From assembly GCA_964247055.1 (NCBI GenBank), contig OZ176053.1, positions 4,340,001 through 4,404,000 of the forward strand: a DNA stretch of 64,000 nt, given 5' to 3'. Source of the stretch: Paragordius varius. Taxonomy: Eukaryota; Animalia; Nematomorpha. The notes below the pieces were generated by a model. The model was not told the DNA's origin, made no database searches, and was given only the letters and a program-made list of their open reading frames with translations. A program made the translations under genes and the position numbers. Positions within the stretch are counted from its first letter, which is position 1. Every line of letters begins with the position of its first letter. Below are positions 1-12,645 of this stretch, in pieces.

Positions 1-595
1 ATTATCAACATTACATTTGAAATAAATTTATGATGAAATAATTTCTTTACATTAATTAATATAACTTTTAGCGTTCAATAAATGAAGATTTAAAATTTTA
101 CAAGAATATGATTAAATTATTAACTTAAAGAAATTTTCGAGAATCAAATTTTTTTGCGTTCACGAAATCGATATATTTAGCATATTTATATCCCATGCTC
201 TTAGATATTGGCAGAGTGTTTCTATAAATTTATCTACTTTTGTATCCGCCCAATGAATAGTTTAATTAGCCAAATATCAAATTAACATTTTATAGCATTA
301 ACAAAGGTTTGAATTACTTATAAAACCTAAATTTTATACATATATAGTTTCCAAAATAATTTATCCATATTTTTAAATCTGTCAAGTGTGCCCTGCACCA
401 CACTTGCAAAATCTTTAAGTTTTACTTAATCATATGATTTTTATCATCTCCTTATCAAGTTTTCTCGCTTGACTTAAGTCGTCTAATGTTAAATTTTTTT
501 TATCACATGAAAGCAAGCCATGATTTGAAAAACTTGCAAGTCAAGTCAAAAAATTTATCACCCCACCCTTTATTGAGTATTAGATTAAAACATAC

Positions 596-3500
596 ACATG
601 TCCCAATTCATGAGTAAACGTAGTGGATGATCCTAAGCCAAAGTAATCGCTTACATATCCATTTTCTTCCATATTACAAATCGATCCAGTGTATGCAAAA
701 CCTAAAAATCAGACCGCCTTAATTAACCTGTAGGATCTCCGAATCCAGAAACAGCTCTATAAAATAATATACCATTTATAGTTTAAATTCACCCTTGAAA
801 TTCTAATTCACCCTAAAAATAAATTATGTCTTTTCGAACTAATATGACTCCTTATTAATATGAAATATATCTTTATGGCTTTGTTTATTATTTTTTCAGT
901 ATTTTAGTTTAAAAAAAATTTTATTTTTTGAAAATATATAAAAATATAAGTAATTTTAATCTTGAAAAACACTTAATATATTTTAGGGTGAATTTGAATT
1001 GTTTAAGGGTGAATGTGAGTGAAGGGTGAATTTGGATTGTAAATGGTATATTAGAAAAATAGCGATTAATATAAAAATTTAAATTGGTTAAAAAAATTAT
1101 AAAAGATATCTTACAGCGAAAATTGAAATTATTCGGACAAACGTAAAACATAAAGAAAAGTATTTTTTTGAAAAGACGTCTCTACTTTTTTAATTTTTTA
1201 ATCTAATTGTTTTTAATTTCAATAAATACAGATTTTCCATGGTTACATTATAAATTATATATTTTACAATTGAAAAATAAATTTATAGCTGAAATATCAA
1301 GTGTTAAAAATATGGTTGTCTTTTGAAAAAAATATTTGTCCAAATATATATTTATTCATTTTGTCTGTATAATTTAAATATGTAATGTATTTTTTGATTA
1401 ATTTTGATCAGAAATAGTAATAATATACGGAGAAAGGTATGCCGCAACATCCCAAATATTGTTTGTATACACCTTTCGAAATTCCTTGAGATATTTATTG
1501 AAATTTATCAGGGCTGTTTCTACACCAGAGTAAGGTTTCAAAACCTAATTTATTATTAAAACACATTTTATGTTATTATAAATTTTATAAGGGTAGTGTA
1601 GTTATCTGCGCAGTTTAAGGCCCAAACCGCATGGATTTAAATCGATTGTTTGATTGTGCGGGTATGTTTGTAAGATAATATTGGTAATTAAAAATTTGTT
1701 ATTATCAAAGAATATTCAGGAATATGCGTGTCTAGTTTTGTTTAATTTCAGGCCGCCCGACTTATTTTAAGTTAAATCCCGGTATATAATTAATTTTCAT
1801 TAAAATATTATTGATAATAATTTATTTACACTTATGATTTTTACTATTTAACAAATAGAATCACATTTTCTAAATAAATATAGAGTGTAATTTATTCCTC
1901 TTGATTTAGAAAATGGAATAATAATTTATCGCACAAATTCGTTTTAATCATTCGACATTCTATTAGGATTCGATATTAACCATTTAAACTTTGGATTTTA
2001 GCAATCAACTTAATGTTTACTTTACATGGTTAAAAAATTTTACAGGCAAAATATGGTTTATTACAAAACTACAATAAATATTTTATATTCAAATTAGTGT
2101 TTTATGTTTTGGCTAAAACATTTAAAAATTATAATTATGATTCGTATATATCCCTTTCAACAGCTATAAAAATTAGTTCTGCATAAAACCTTTTATGAAA
2201 TCAAATAATAACAATTGAATAAATGTCATACTGTATTAGGAGCATCAATGTAGTTTATTGCATTGATTTTTAGCCGTATTTTTATTCCAATCGAAGAGTG
2301 TTGCAATATTCGATCAGTCTATTTATAGGTATATAGGATAATATCAAAATTAATATTTTTGAGTGACCCCACTCTGAACCTGCACTAAGGGAATTAAGAT
2401 TTCATGTATTTTAGCACCTTAATTTTTAGATTTTTATATTTAGCTGATAATAATATAAACTAAAAAAATAAAAAAGGCTGAGGCTTAGTTCACAAATATA
2501 ATTAGTAATATATTCCGGAATATTTAATATTATATAGATATTACAATTGTTTATTCGCATTTTTAAGAACACTTTTTAGACATTTCTTTATTAAATGCAT
2601 TTAAGCCATATATATTCTACGATTATCTTGGTATGTATTCAACTATTTTACGATGGTTGTGAAATTAATAAAAAAACATTGGCCTTAATCTTTAAAGCAA
2701 GTTTTATAGTTGTATAACCATCCATAAAATTTAATTTTTTTATCCCCACCGAGTGAAGTGTGGTAAATATTATATTTTCACTTTGAAGTTGACGATAATT
2801 TCTCTAAAATTTACAATTTATAATAATGTTTCAGCTAGTAGTCTAACTTAAATCACAGAATTCGGCAATGCTGGATGATAACCAAGACTCTGATAAAAAT
2901 GAAAAAAAAACATTTTCCGAAAATTATTATTAAGGCATACCATTAAAGCAACTGTTAAAATATCATCTATGCCAGGTTCACCGTTTTCTGCGTATGAGAA
3001 TATCGTCATTTCAATGACATATTTGGGGGAAGAAGCAATTTTTTCCCTTTTATACCTGATTAAATTAGTTCCAAAAAACGGATTTTTACCATGCCCAACA
3101 CGACCTGTAAAATAATAAATATCTTGTTAGATAAATTATTTTAAAAAAATTTAAGGCGCCAAAAAAATATTTTTTTTTGTGTCCTGGACGATAATACCGA
3201 TAAAAGTTTCAAAACTGTTTAACACCTTTACAGTATTTATTTATATATATGCTCCAAATAAGTAAATCAAAAAATGTTAAAAAGAATTCAGTGGGCCGCG
3301 GTTTAAGTATCACTGTAATAATCTAAATCTCATAATAACATATGACCTTAAAAATTCCACAATCGTCTCAATCAAAAAAATGAAAAACAAAAATTATATT
3401 GTATCTTTTCTGCAAAACTCTCTAGTTTCGAACAATATAAAATCATTTATCTTTAAAATACTTATGTTTGTGGGCTTATTAGGGAGCCAAGTGTGCACAA

Positions 3501-4714
3501 GTGGTTTAATTTCCATATAATGAGTGAATTCCAATTTTCCGGGTTTTTCAACCGGTTTGAATATATATACATTGCTTTCACCGATAATTAATCCGCTCTA
3601 TTATAACAAAAAATAAATTATATAATTTTTTTCTGAAACTAGTAAACTCATAATATCCATAATATTTATTTTTAACTCATTTTTTCCTACATTTTTCTAA
3701 ATTAAGCTGGACATAATTATTAAAATCTTCCTAGTTATCAAAAAGTTTGATTCTGAGTCAATTAGTTACTATAATTAGCGTTTTGGAGGAAAAAATATAA
3801 CGTTGAAACCAAAAAACCTCCGAAACTGGTTTGATAAGTCTTTGTATTTAAGTTGTTCAATGTTTATAACAAATGCATATGTCAACAGTAAGTATTTTAA
3901 GGTTGGGTTTAAAATTTACAATCGCCACAGAATCGGAAATTGACGTTGATAAAATAATAAACCATACATATTACAAATGAAGGTTTTATATTAAATCTTA
4001 TTAAAAATCATTTATTAGAAAAGGAATTGTTGTGTGATCGTTGCATACGTCTGAATAAAATATGGAATTACCCCTATATATTAAGCGTTTAAAGTTAACT
4101 AGTCTTCAAGATAAAAAAACGATGATACCGCTTGTCTCTCTCTTTAGTCGATTTTACCTTTGTAGATACCAAATATAATTAAGTAGTGTCAAAAAATATA
4201 AATTTAAGATATTTACCCCTTTGTTACACACATTGAAAGCAGCGAGAGATTTTTGACCATTTTCGTCAATCGCTGTGCCAGAAAATAAACATGGTTTGGA
4301 TTGAAATGGGTGTTGATTTATCACGTAATGACTATTATTATTATTTGAGTCGGTTCTTTTTTTGAGCTTCAACTGTTGTTTAATTTGTTTTTTAAAGTCG
4401 ATTGGATACAATTTTATTATATCGGGGTGCTTGTTACCATAAGGATGCTTTATGTGAAATTTCCTATCAATTAATGCATTATGATTGACTAGAAAAATCT
4501 TCCAAATTTTTTGATTACTTGCCACGATTTCTACACGTTTTCCTTTGTCACCTTTGTTGGGGTTATTATCCCCTTTTCTTTTATTATGATTTTGATCGTA
4601 AAATACATTATTGGTATTTTCGGGTTTAATGTTATATAATTTTATTGTAGCATATTGAACATCTAAATACGCATAACCAAACAGGGATACCAAAAATAGC
4701 GACGCAAGAAGCAT
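596..4714 (-). CDS. ADAMTS/ADAM-like reprolysin (M12B) zinc metalloprotease, 5' part (gene continues past exon 7, probably beyond the window edge)
   Basis: Seven exons join in consistent phase with GT-AG sites: 4714-4217, 3597-3462, 3104-2941, 2318-2232, 1544-1429, 756-728, 701-596. The translation has a signal-peptide-like start (MLLASLFLVSLFGYA), a prodomain (PCLFSGTAIDENGQKSLAAFNVC...SGLIIGESNVYIFKPV) and a furin-type site RYKR. It continues KYVIEM, TDRILQHSSIG, WDVAAYLS and GFAYTGSIC...TFTHELGHV (HExxH zinc motif). The next exon, carrying the third His, was not found in 1-595. Confidence 0.85.
702..727 (-). other. 26-nt GT-AG micro-intron (metalloprotease intron 6)
   Basis: gttaattaaggcggtctgatttttag. 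Retention shifts the frame, and the downstream frame has a TGA inside it. Removal joins a 29-nt exon in phase with both neighbours and gives DPTGFAYTG. Confidence 0.8.
772..1046. mobile_element. MITE family 1, copy A (TA-flanked, Tc1/mariner-type non-autonomous)
   Basis: TIRs CCATTTA.A.TT.AAATTCACCC and GGGTGAATTTG.ATTGTAAATGG, TA on both sides, subterminal ~19-bp repeats. Lies in metalloprotease intron 5. Confidence 0.85.
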
Positions 4715-6469
4715 TTTTGAGAAATTTATTTTTAAAAAATGTAAAAAATGCGCTATTGGTATACTTTTGAAGTTATGGTGGTTCAAAATTAATTAATTTT
4801 AATTATGTTTTATTTACATAGCCATATTTACCGCAAAATATGTAAAGGCAAAGGTCATCTTATTGATGCTCAAAACAACTGTCGATTAAATGATGGCGCA
4901 TAGTTAAAAAAATATAGCATATTAATGAAATTTTAAATGAGAATTACTAACTAAATTCGAAGAAACTTGATACTTGCATAATTAAAAAGAGGAACCAGTC
5001 CACCATTTTTATAATTATCCCTCCTTAAATATTTTAGAATAAAAAAGAAGTTTATTTTACCAACATTATTTTTTGATCGATTTTGTATTAACAGTGTAGT
5101 GTGTGAAACAGTTAATTGAAAAAAAAAGAACTAGCTCGATATCTTGGTGCTAACTTAGAGTAATATACTTTTAAACCAATCTAATTGTACGTATATAAAA
5201 ATTTTGATCTTCAAAAAACGACAAAATATGCTCCAAAAAATTAATTGTAAAATTTATTAATGTTTTCAAATTCTGAAATTTTTGAAAAAATGCTTTGGTT
5301 ATTTATATATTCAAACTTCGCTTATAAAAATCTTAAGAGTAATTTATGAGGATAACTGAATTCTCAATACATGACCACAATATTGTAAAACAAACGGTGC
5401 TGCAAAACCCATGTTATCACATTTGCAATTTAAAAGGAATGTATTGTTTATAATAATTAATCCTAATTTCCTAATTACCATACGGTATATAATAACATAT
5501 TTTAGCGTTTAAAAAATAAGTATTGGTCTATTGATATTCCCTATCATTCACCAAATAAATTTAATATAAAATATTTTCATATAAATACAATTTTAAACAA
5601 AAATAATGTATTAGCCTAATGAATTCTTAACAATTTTTTGGTGTCGCGAATATTTTGAGCATGATTTTGTATTTTAATAAACATAAGGACTAAATTATTC
5701 AACATTCTCTATACCTAATTATTAATTAGATAAATGATTTTATTAATTATTGTATTAATAATTCTTGAAATTTTTGGTATATATGATTAAATTTTTTACA
5801 ATAAATATCTGTCTTCATCAAAGATCCAATAAATATAATTATACAATATATATCTTAATTTTGTGATCTTTTTTGTTATCATGGATCTATCCACATATAT
5901 CTGATTAATAAATTAGGGATGGATTGTGTTGGTAAATTTGCACAGAAGATTTTCGAAAGAATGTTTTCGCATATTTTAATATATTTAATGGATTTATTGA
6001 TGCAGATGAGCCATGTAAATCATTCAAATTATTTTGCACATTACTTTTATGAAAATAATTAATCAAATATAATATTTTTTATATAATGGCTTAATATAAA
6101 ATGGTTATGGTAAAATAAATTTGAATCTTATTGAAAAGTTTTGGAAGAATATATTGTGCCAAAAATTTTGAATCTAGTAAAATAATTATTTTTAGACCTA
6201 AAACAAGGGATGCGCACATCTAATTTATACCACTTTTTTACCTGTTGGGGCAGTTTTCCACTTGAGAACGATTTCAAATTTAAGTCTTTTCATTAAAAGC
6301 TATAAATGGACCATAAATTAATTTAAATAACTTCAATGCAATTAATTTATATTGGCACCAAATTTTAGTTCATTGATATTCCATTTGTTTGTATAGATTG
6401 GATTTGAAAGATTTTTATGTTTTTGACTTGTAAAATTTAAAAAACTGGAAAAAGTTAAAGGCTTTTTGC

Positions 6470-7280
6470 CAGGGCTTGGAACCGGAACCCGGTTCCTGAG
6501 ATTTTAACAAGAACCGGTTCCATTGGGATGGAACCAACCCGGTGGTTCCATCCCCTTAATTAGTGGTTCCCATATGATTTTTATTATACAGTAAATATAT
6601 AATTATACTGACAAAAATATAAAACAAATATTTTTCAACAAGATCTTGATTTTTTTAAATATATTTTAAATATAACTCATCGTTTTAATCTACATAGTAT
6701 AATGCAAAAATGTAAATTTGTAATACAATTAATTTTATATTTACAGTATTAATTAATAGTTTATATAGAATAAGTTTTAAAAAAGTATGGTTGTCTTTTG
6801 AAAAAAAAATGTCTTTATATTTTTATATTTTGTTCGTATAATATCAATTATTACTGTAAAAATTTTATTCTATTATTTAAATTTGATTGTACCACTACAT
6901 ATAACTTATTAAAACTTCAAACTAAGCGCCTAATATTATATTGGCGATACTCTCTAAATTTTGGATTCGGCTGTTCTAAAAAATAGTCATAATATAGATG
7001 GGGTAAAATATTTTGTAAGAAAATCATTTAATCAAAATTGGGAACCGAAAATGAAACCGGTTCTCAATGTAAAAAACCGGTTCCGGAACCGCTAAATTTA
7101 TAAGGAACCAACGCGGTTCCGGTTCCATTTCCCCGGGAACCACCCCGGTTCCGGTTCCAAAAATTCAGGAACCACCCGGTTCTATTTTTAAATTCTTGAG
7201 AACCAACGCGGTTCTGGTTCCACTTGTTCAGGAACCGACCCGGTTCCAGTTCCACTTTTTTAAACCGGTTCCAAGCCCTG
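6470..7280. mobile_element. hAT-type non-autonomous element (811 bp)
   Basis: Perfect 16-bp TIR CAGGGCTTGGAACCGG. 8-bp target duplication ctttttgc (6462-6469) / ccttttgc (7281-7288) with one mismatch. More than 20 subterminal GGAACC/GGTTCC motifs and no transposase ORF. Confidence 0.85.
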
Positions 7281-8873
7281 CCTTTTGCTTAATATATGAT
7301 GATTTTTAGAGAAAAAAGTATAAGTATCACTATTTAATTACAAGTTTAACCTGGAACATACCCCAAGAGTATACTTATAAAACTAATATAAATATTAACT
7401 GCGATTCCTCAAAAGGTCATATGGACAAAAAAGGAAGCAAGGAAGTAATAGACGAATTATCCCTCAAAAGCATCACTTTTCTTACATTCGCATTTCAAAC
7501 ATTTTTTCCAAAAACATTTTTTCATACAGGAAAGTTAATAAAATGTTTAATATTTAGTATTTTTATTATCAAACGCTAAATATTAGCGTTCTATAATCCC
7601 CAAGATCATAAAAACCGGAAAAGTGTATGATCAGCTTAGTTTATAGGCTCTGTTTATAAAAAGCTTATGGGTGGTTCCAAATCACAAGTAAACTTTGGTG
7701 CATTATCTTATTTTAGTTTTTTTAAATATTTGAGAGCATGGCTAGCAGCTAGCAATGAAATTTTAGGCTGTTCACAAATCCCTCTATCGTAAAAGATATA
7801 ACGAATGAAAATTTAATATCAATTTGCATAATTACCGAAATAAACATCCTTGAATCGGCTTAAATATGTATATATTAATATATTTAAGTCGTAAGTATAA
7901 AACGACCTGTTATTTTAAAATTTTGGACACTATCAAAATTTTTAAAATGTGTTGTAAATAAAAAAATTTATGCATAATATCAAAGAGTGACCTGCCGTGC
8001 ATGATTATAAAACTGTAATATTTTTAATTAATTGGTTGTCGTAGATTTTGAGGATTTAACTACATAAAAAATAAATCGCTCCAATTCCATTGGATTTCAA
8101 ATGTATAATTTCCGTTTTATCGCCATTTATTATACTTAATTTGATAAAAATAATTAAAAAATTAATATACAGTTTGTTTTATGAAAATATAATTGGTCTG
8201 CCATCTTTCTTTATATTTCGTGTTGAAATTTTTATAAATATAGATATGGATAGAAAATGAAATTTTATTATCCAATAATAATTTTAACTAACGAGAAAAG
8301 TGTTAACAACTCTTTTAATTTTTGGATAATACCTGTGAATTTTATCCCAAGCTTGAAATAACAAATAATTTGCTATAAAATTAGCATAAATTAATTTGGT
8401 TTAAACGCCAAAAAGATTAAAATAATATTTTTAACCAAAATTTAAAATTCCTTAAAAATCAGATATTTTATTAAACATGGAATTATTAAATTTAAAATTT
8501 TATATTATCTCCAAATTTTAAAATGATAAATAAATATATTTCGGTATTAAAATGTTACATAATAGAGTGCAATTTGCTTCCAAGCGCGACAAACATTGTA
8601 TATTAATTGTATGTGGTAATGAATGATTGACACTTGTCGAGAATGTCACACTTTTATAATACACTTAAATTGCATATCTTTTTATAATCCATTTTTAACA
8701 ATTTTTCATTTTCTTACGATATGTGTTAAAAAAGTCCTACAATATTTTTACTTTTTTATAAATCGTAACAAAATATCCAACTTTTTTTTATCCCGGTGTT
8801 GTATAAATTAATTAATTTTCAATCTTACCGCTTCTGCTAAAAATAAAGATTATATATACATTTCAAAAATTTA

Positions 8874-11009
8874 ATGTTATTGAAACGTTCAAGAACGAAT
8901 TTTACGGCTTGGCAACTGGAAAGGTTAGAAACAACCTTCTTGGGAAATCACTATCCGGATATGAAATGTCGTGAGACTTTGGCCTCTGAGTTAAATTTAG
9001 TGGAATCAAGAATTCAAGTATTTTAACTAATCACTTAAAACTATTTTATCTGATTTTGCATTTTAGTATTATTCTTCCTCCAATTATTTGCTACAAAAAT
9101 ATTTCAATTAGGTATGGTTTCAAAACCGTCGAGCTAAATGGCGAAAACGGGAACATACGAAAAAGGGCCCGGGTCGACCAGCTCACAACGCTAACCTTAA
9201 AAGTTGCAGGTATAAAGATATCAATATGTAAACAGATTACGTAATTAATACTAAATATTTTCTATAAAGCCGATAAAAATCGTTAAATACAGACAAATAT
9301 TTGTTTGTTTCTAGAAGCTGGTTATATTTTAAAAAAACCTTTGCAATTCTGATAAACCATCTTTTTTCGTTAAAAGTAACACATATAAATAGAGTAATTC
9401 TTATAATCAAATCTTAATTTGTCCAAAAACTTTCTGATAATATTTTTAAATCTTCCAAGAGTTTTTATTCCTTAATCAATATTTTAGCGGTGACCCCATA
9501 GATCCGGAAGAGATTAGGAAACGGGAAATTGAAAAGCGTGAAAAGAAAAAAATGCGTCAACACATGGTACTTTGTGCTATGGATCGATTCAAGGGTAAAA
9601 CCAAATCTGATGTTAATGATAATGTGTCAGACAATAGTATCCACATAAGTACCACTATCAGTAATGAAACTAATTATTCCAATTTTTCGGGCAATTCATT
9701 TACTAAAGTTGGAAATTTGAAAATGGATGATAATATAAATGGATACCATATAGGGAGTAATCATGCGTTTACTATCGATAATTTGCTGAAAACCCGTAAT
9801 GATTCGTTACTTAACACATCATCAAATAATAATAATCATTTAACTATACTTTCAAATTGTACGGAAAAAACTGCCGTTCGATCCTTAGCAAAAAGCTTAG
9901 CCAATAAAACTGATTTATCGTATAATAAAAAGGGCAGTCAGCCCAATGAAAATGATACGTCATCATCCATACATAAATTACAAAGCATGTGCTCAAAATA
10001 TGAATCATTTATAAAAACTTATTCCCAACCCCGAACCCAGATTGATCAAAAAACAATTAATAAACTGGTAAAACAAGTCCCGGTTAAAAATGATAATTTA
10101 ATAGGTGCATCTGAATTTATAACTTCCACCGATTCTCACAAAAATTTCTACAATAGTTGCCTCAAGGGCATTAAAAATGAGATATTTGGGCAGAAAGAAG
10201 TTAAACCAGGCTCAACCGAATCTCTTCATACTAAACCACCAACAAACGGCAACGTAAAACAATATCATACTAAATATAATAATTATTTTAAAAACTTTAA
10301 TAATAATAATAGTAGATATAGCTGTAAGCAACATAGTTTGATAATCACATCAACTAAATTGGCAAAAAAGTACAAAAAACAAATGCTGAAAAATGTTTCA
10401 TCTTTGCAACGCAATGGATTAAATCAAAGTAACTGTTTACAACCAATGTACAATAAGACACCGATAATTAGAAAAAGACACACTGACAAAGTTGAAATTT
10501 TGATTCCAAAAGAAAAATCTGAGCCTTGTAGAAGCCTTCCACAATTAAATGGTTATCCTGGCCCGAAGAAAATAAAATTTGTCTCTTCACCTGTGGCGAC
10601 TAATCAACAAAATTTTAGTGAAAATTCACACTTTAATACCTCCAATAATCAAACTTCTACCCATATAAATGTTCACAAGTCTGAACAATATTGCAGCAAA
10701 TCCTATAATGGAATGAATTACACCTATCCTCAATGCTATAAAAGTGTTAAAAACTCTTCCGATTCTCATGGAGACACTTTTTATGGCGTAACAGTACCTA
10801 GTCATAAAAAAATTGAGGCTAACAAGACTCATTTTACATCAAATTCTACGAATGGTTTTAACTATCGAACTATAGAGCAGCAACCTTATTACAATAATGA
10901 TTTAGGTAACAATCCCAATATTTCCATCATGTATTATAAATTATCCCTGTTGTATTCAGCTCTCTTTACCAATTTACTTATGGGTAAAAATGGTGGTACG
11001 GATAAATGA
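8874..11009 (+). CDS. unc-4: Paired-like (Q50) homeobox transcription factor Uncx/UNC-4
   Basis: Exons 8874-9017, 9112-9209 and 9488-11009 give 587 aa. Homeodomain KRSRTNFTAWQLERLETTFLGNHYPDMKCRETLASELNLVESRIQ|VWFQNRRAKWRKRE is followed by the Uncx-diagnostic extension HTKKGPGRPAHNANLKSCSGDPIDPEEIRKREIEK. The start codon is uncertain; an upstream exon splicing to the AG at 8847-8848 cannot be excluded. Confidence 0.93.
9768..9788 (+). other. eh1 (Groucho/TLE-binding) motif FTIDNLL in Uncx
   Basis: Matches the eh1 consensus FSIDNIL. UNC-4 is known to recruit Groucho/UNC-37 through an eh1 motif. Confidence 0.7.
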
Positions 11010-12278
11010 ATTGAAATAAACGCAGCATTTTTTAAAAAAATTTTTAAATATTGTATTTTAAAGATTGTATTATAGTTTATATCATATTCCTATAATTAAA
11101 CTTAAAAATTTATTGTGCAATCTCTTTTATCATAAATTACATAATATATGTTTATATCCATTGACTGTAAAATTAAATATTTATATTATAAATGTATTAA
11201 AAATATAAATAATAAATTTTAATTATAAAATTATCTTTTACTGCCAAACGATGTTAATTAGATTACCAAAATCAGTCAACCAATAACCATCAATAATTAA
11301 TAATAAATAATTTTTTAATTATTTAAATTATATTAAACATGAATTAGATAAAATTTTTCTATTAAGACCACATTAGATCTCATATTAGATAAATAATTAA
11401 GATTAATTTAGAAAGAATTTGGGGTTAATAAAAAATTTTAATTCAACAATTATGAATATTTACGCATGCATGGATGGATCTATTAAATAATTTGATATAA
11501 TTGCTATATAATTTAATTTTATGCAAACCAATAAAAAACAATAATAAATCAACTTAAAATGTTAGCTAGTATTTTGATATCCTTTAAAAAGTATTTTACA
11601 ATAATTTTATTACAAAATATGATTTCAGTTGGATTTTGAAACCTATTATATTTAAGGTTATATATATATATGTGTGACCCATAAGACATCCTCAAAAAAA
11701 CTTTTAATCCTAATAAAATAATTGTAATTTAAAATGGGGTATATATATAAAAAATTGATTATTAATAGGGATGGTATGAAATCTGGATAAAGGTTTTCCT
11801 TAGATAGCTTGTATTAGGCCTTTCTAAATAGTATTAGTTTATTACCCACAAATGTTTGACGGAAAAACAACGATTTTCCAGTGACGATCAACATTTTTTA
11901 TAACCCACTCTTTTTCAAAAAAAAACAACGATACTTTTTAATCGATATATGAGTATCATAAACAGCGCCATTTTGCAAATGCAACATTCAATCCATCACC
12001 TTTTCCCTCAATTGTAACAGTTAATTTAAAGATGAATTGGATTTGGAATCTGGGCATTTGGCGTTGTTACAAATATATTCCAATCCAATTTCAGAGTAAT
12101 AAGGCTCTGGTTCCTTACTTTCAAAATAGGTGGTTTCCTTTTTTTTTCCAAAAAAAACATAGGGCGCGTTGTTAGAAATGCTAAAAATATTTAAACATCC
12201 AAGAAAACTTTTTGGTTATTAAATAGATATTTATAATTTTAATAAACATTTAAAATTAAGAATCACAAACATATCTGA

Positions 12279-12340
12279 TGTAGTAATTTAAAATTCACTT
12301 CAATAAATTGACTATTATGGCTAAATTATAATCCCAATAT
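12279..12340. repeat. Short dispersed repeat (second copy about 45133-45199)
   Basis: Both sites share tgtagtaat..aaaattcactt.aataaat...gctaaattataatcccaatat. Family unknown. Confidence 0.4.
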
Positions 12341-12371
12341 TCATTATTTTAGTTTTGTCTCCTTGAATGTA

Positions 12372-12645
12372 CCATTTACAAAAATTCACCCTTGAACAAT
12401 TCAAATTCATTCTAAAATAAAATGTGTTTTTTATAATTAAAAATTACTTATATTTTTTTATATATTCAAAATATGAAGTTTTGCATAATAATATACTGAA
12501 AAAATAATAAACTATGCCATAAGAATATATTTTATATTAATGATGAGTTATATTAACCCAAAAACACATAGTTTTTTTAGGGTTAATTTGAATTGTTCGA
12601 GATTAAAATTTGAATTGTTAAAGGGTCAATTTGAATTGTAAATGG
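12372..12645. mobile_element. MITE family 1, copy B (intergenic)
   Basis: Same TIRs, TA flanks and internal sequence as copy A, in the opposite internal orientation. Confidence 0.85.

Noticed and set aside
125-260. Minus-strand peptide HWADTKVDKFIETLCQYLRAWDIN, faintly like a MADF/Myb domain
   Set aside because: Short, frameshifted and without usable splice sites. It does not supply the missing xGxxH of the protease and is at best a decayed transposon fragment.
380-570. CAAGTCAAGTC/CTTGACTT motif cluster and a small hairpin
   Set aside because: Looks transposon-derived, but I could not define matching termini or a target duplication.
921-1151. ORF-track proteins containing QFKFTL repeats (also 39283-39486, 43932-44135)
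   Set aside because: These are translations of the subterminal repeats of MITE family 1.
2820-2889. Exon-like segment SLGYHPALPNS after a possible 51-nt intron
   Set aside because: It runs into a stop. Exon 3 splices in phase directly to 2318 (TDRILQHSSIG), which supplies the homologous sequence.
7040-7280. CRISPR-like or coding reading of the GGAACC repeats (ORF 7064-7255)
   Set aside because: There is no constant repeat and unique spacer structure and the context is eukaryotic; they are subterminal repeats of the hAT element.
11255-11265. Perfect P3 homeodomain dimer site TAATTAGATTA downstream of Uncx (autoregulation?)
   Set aside because: About seven such sites are expected by chance in 64 kb at this AT content.
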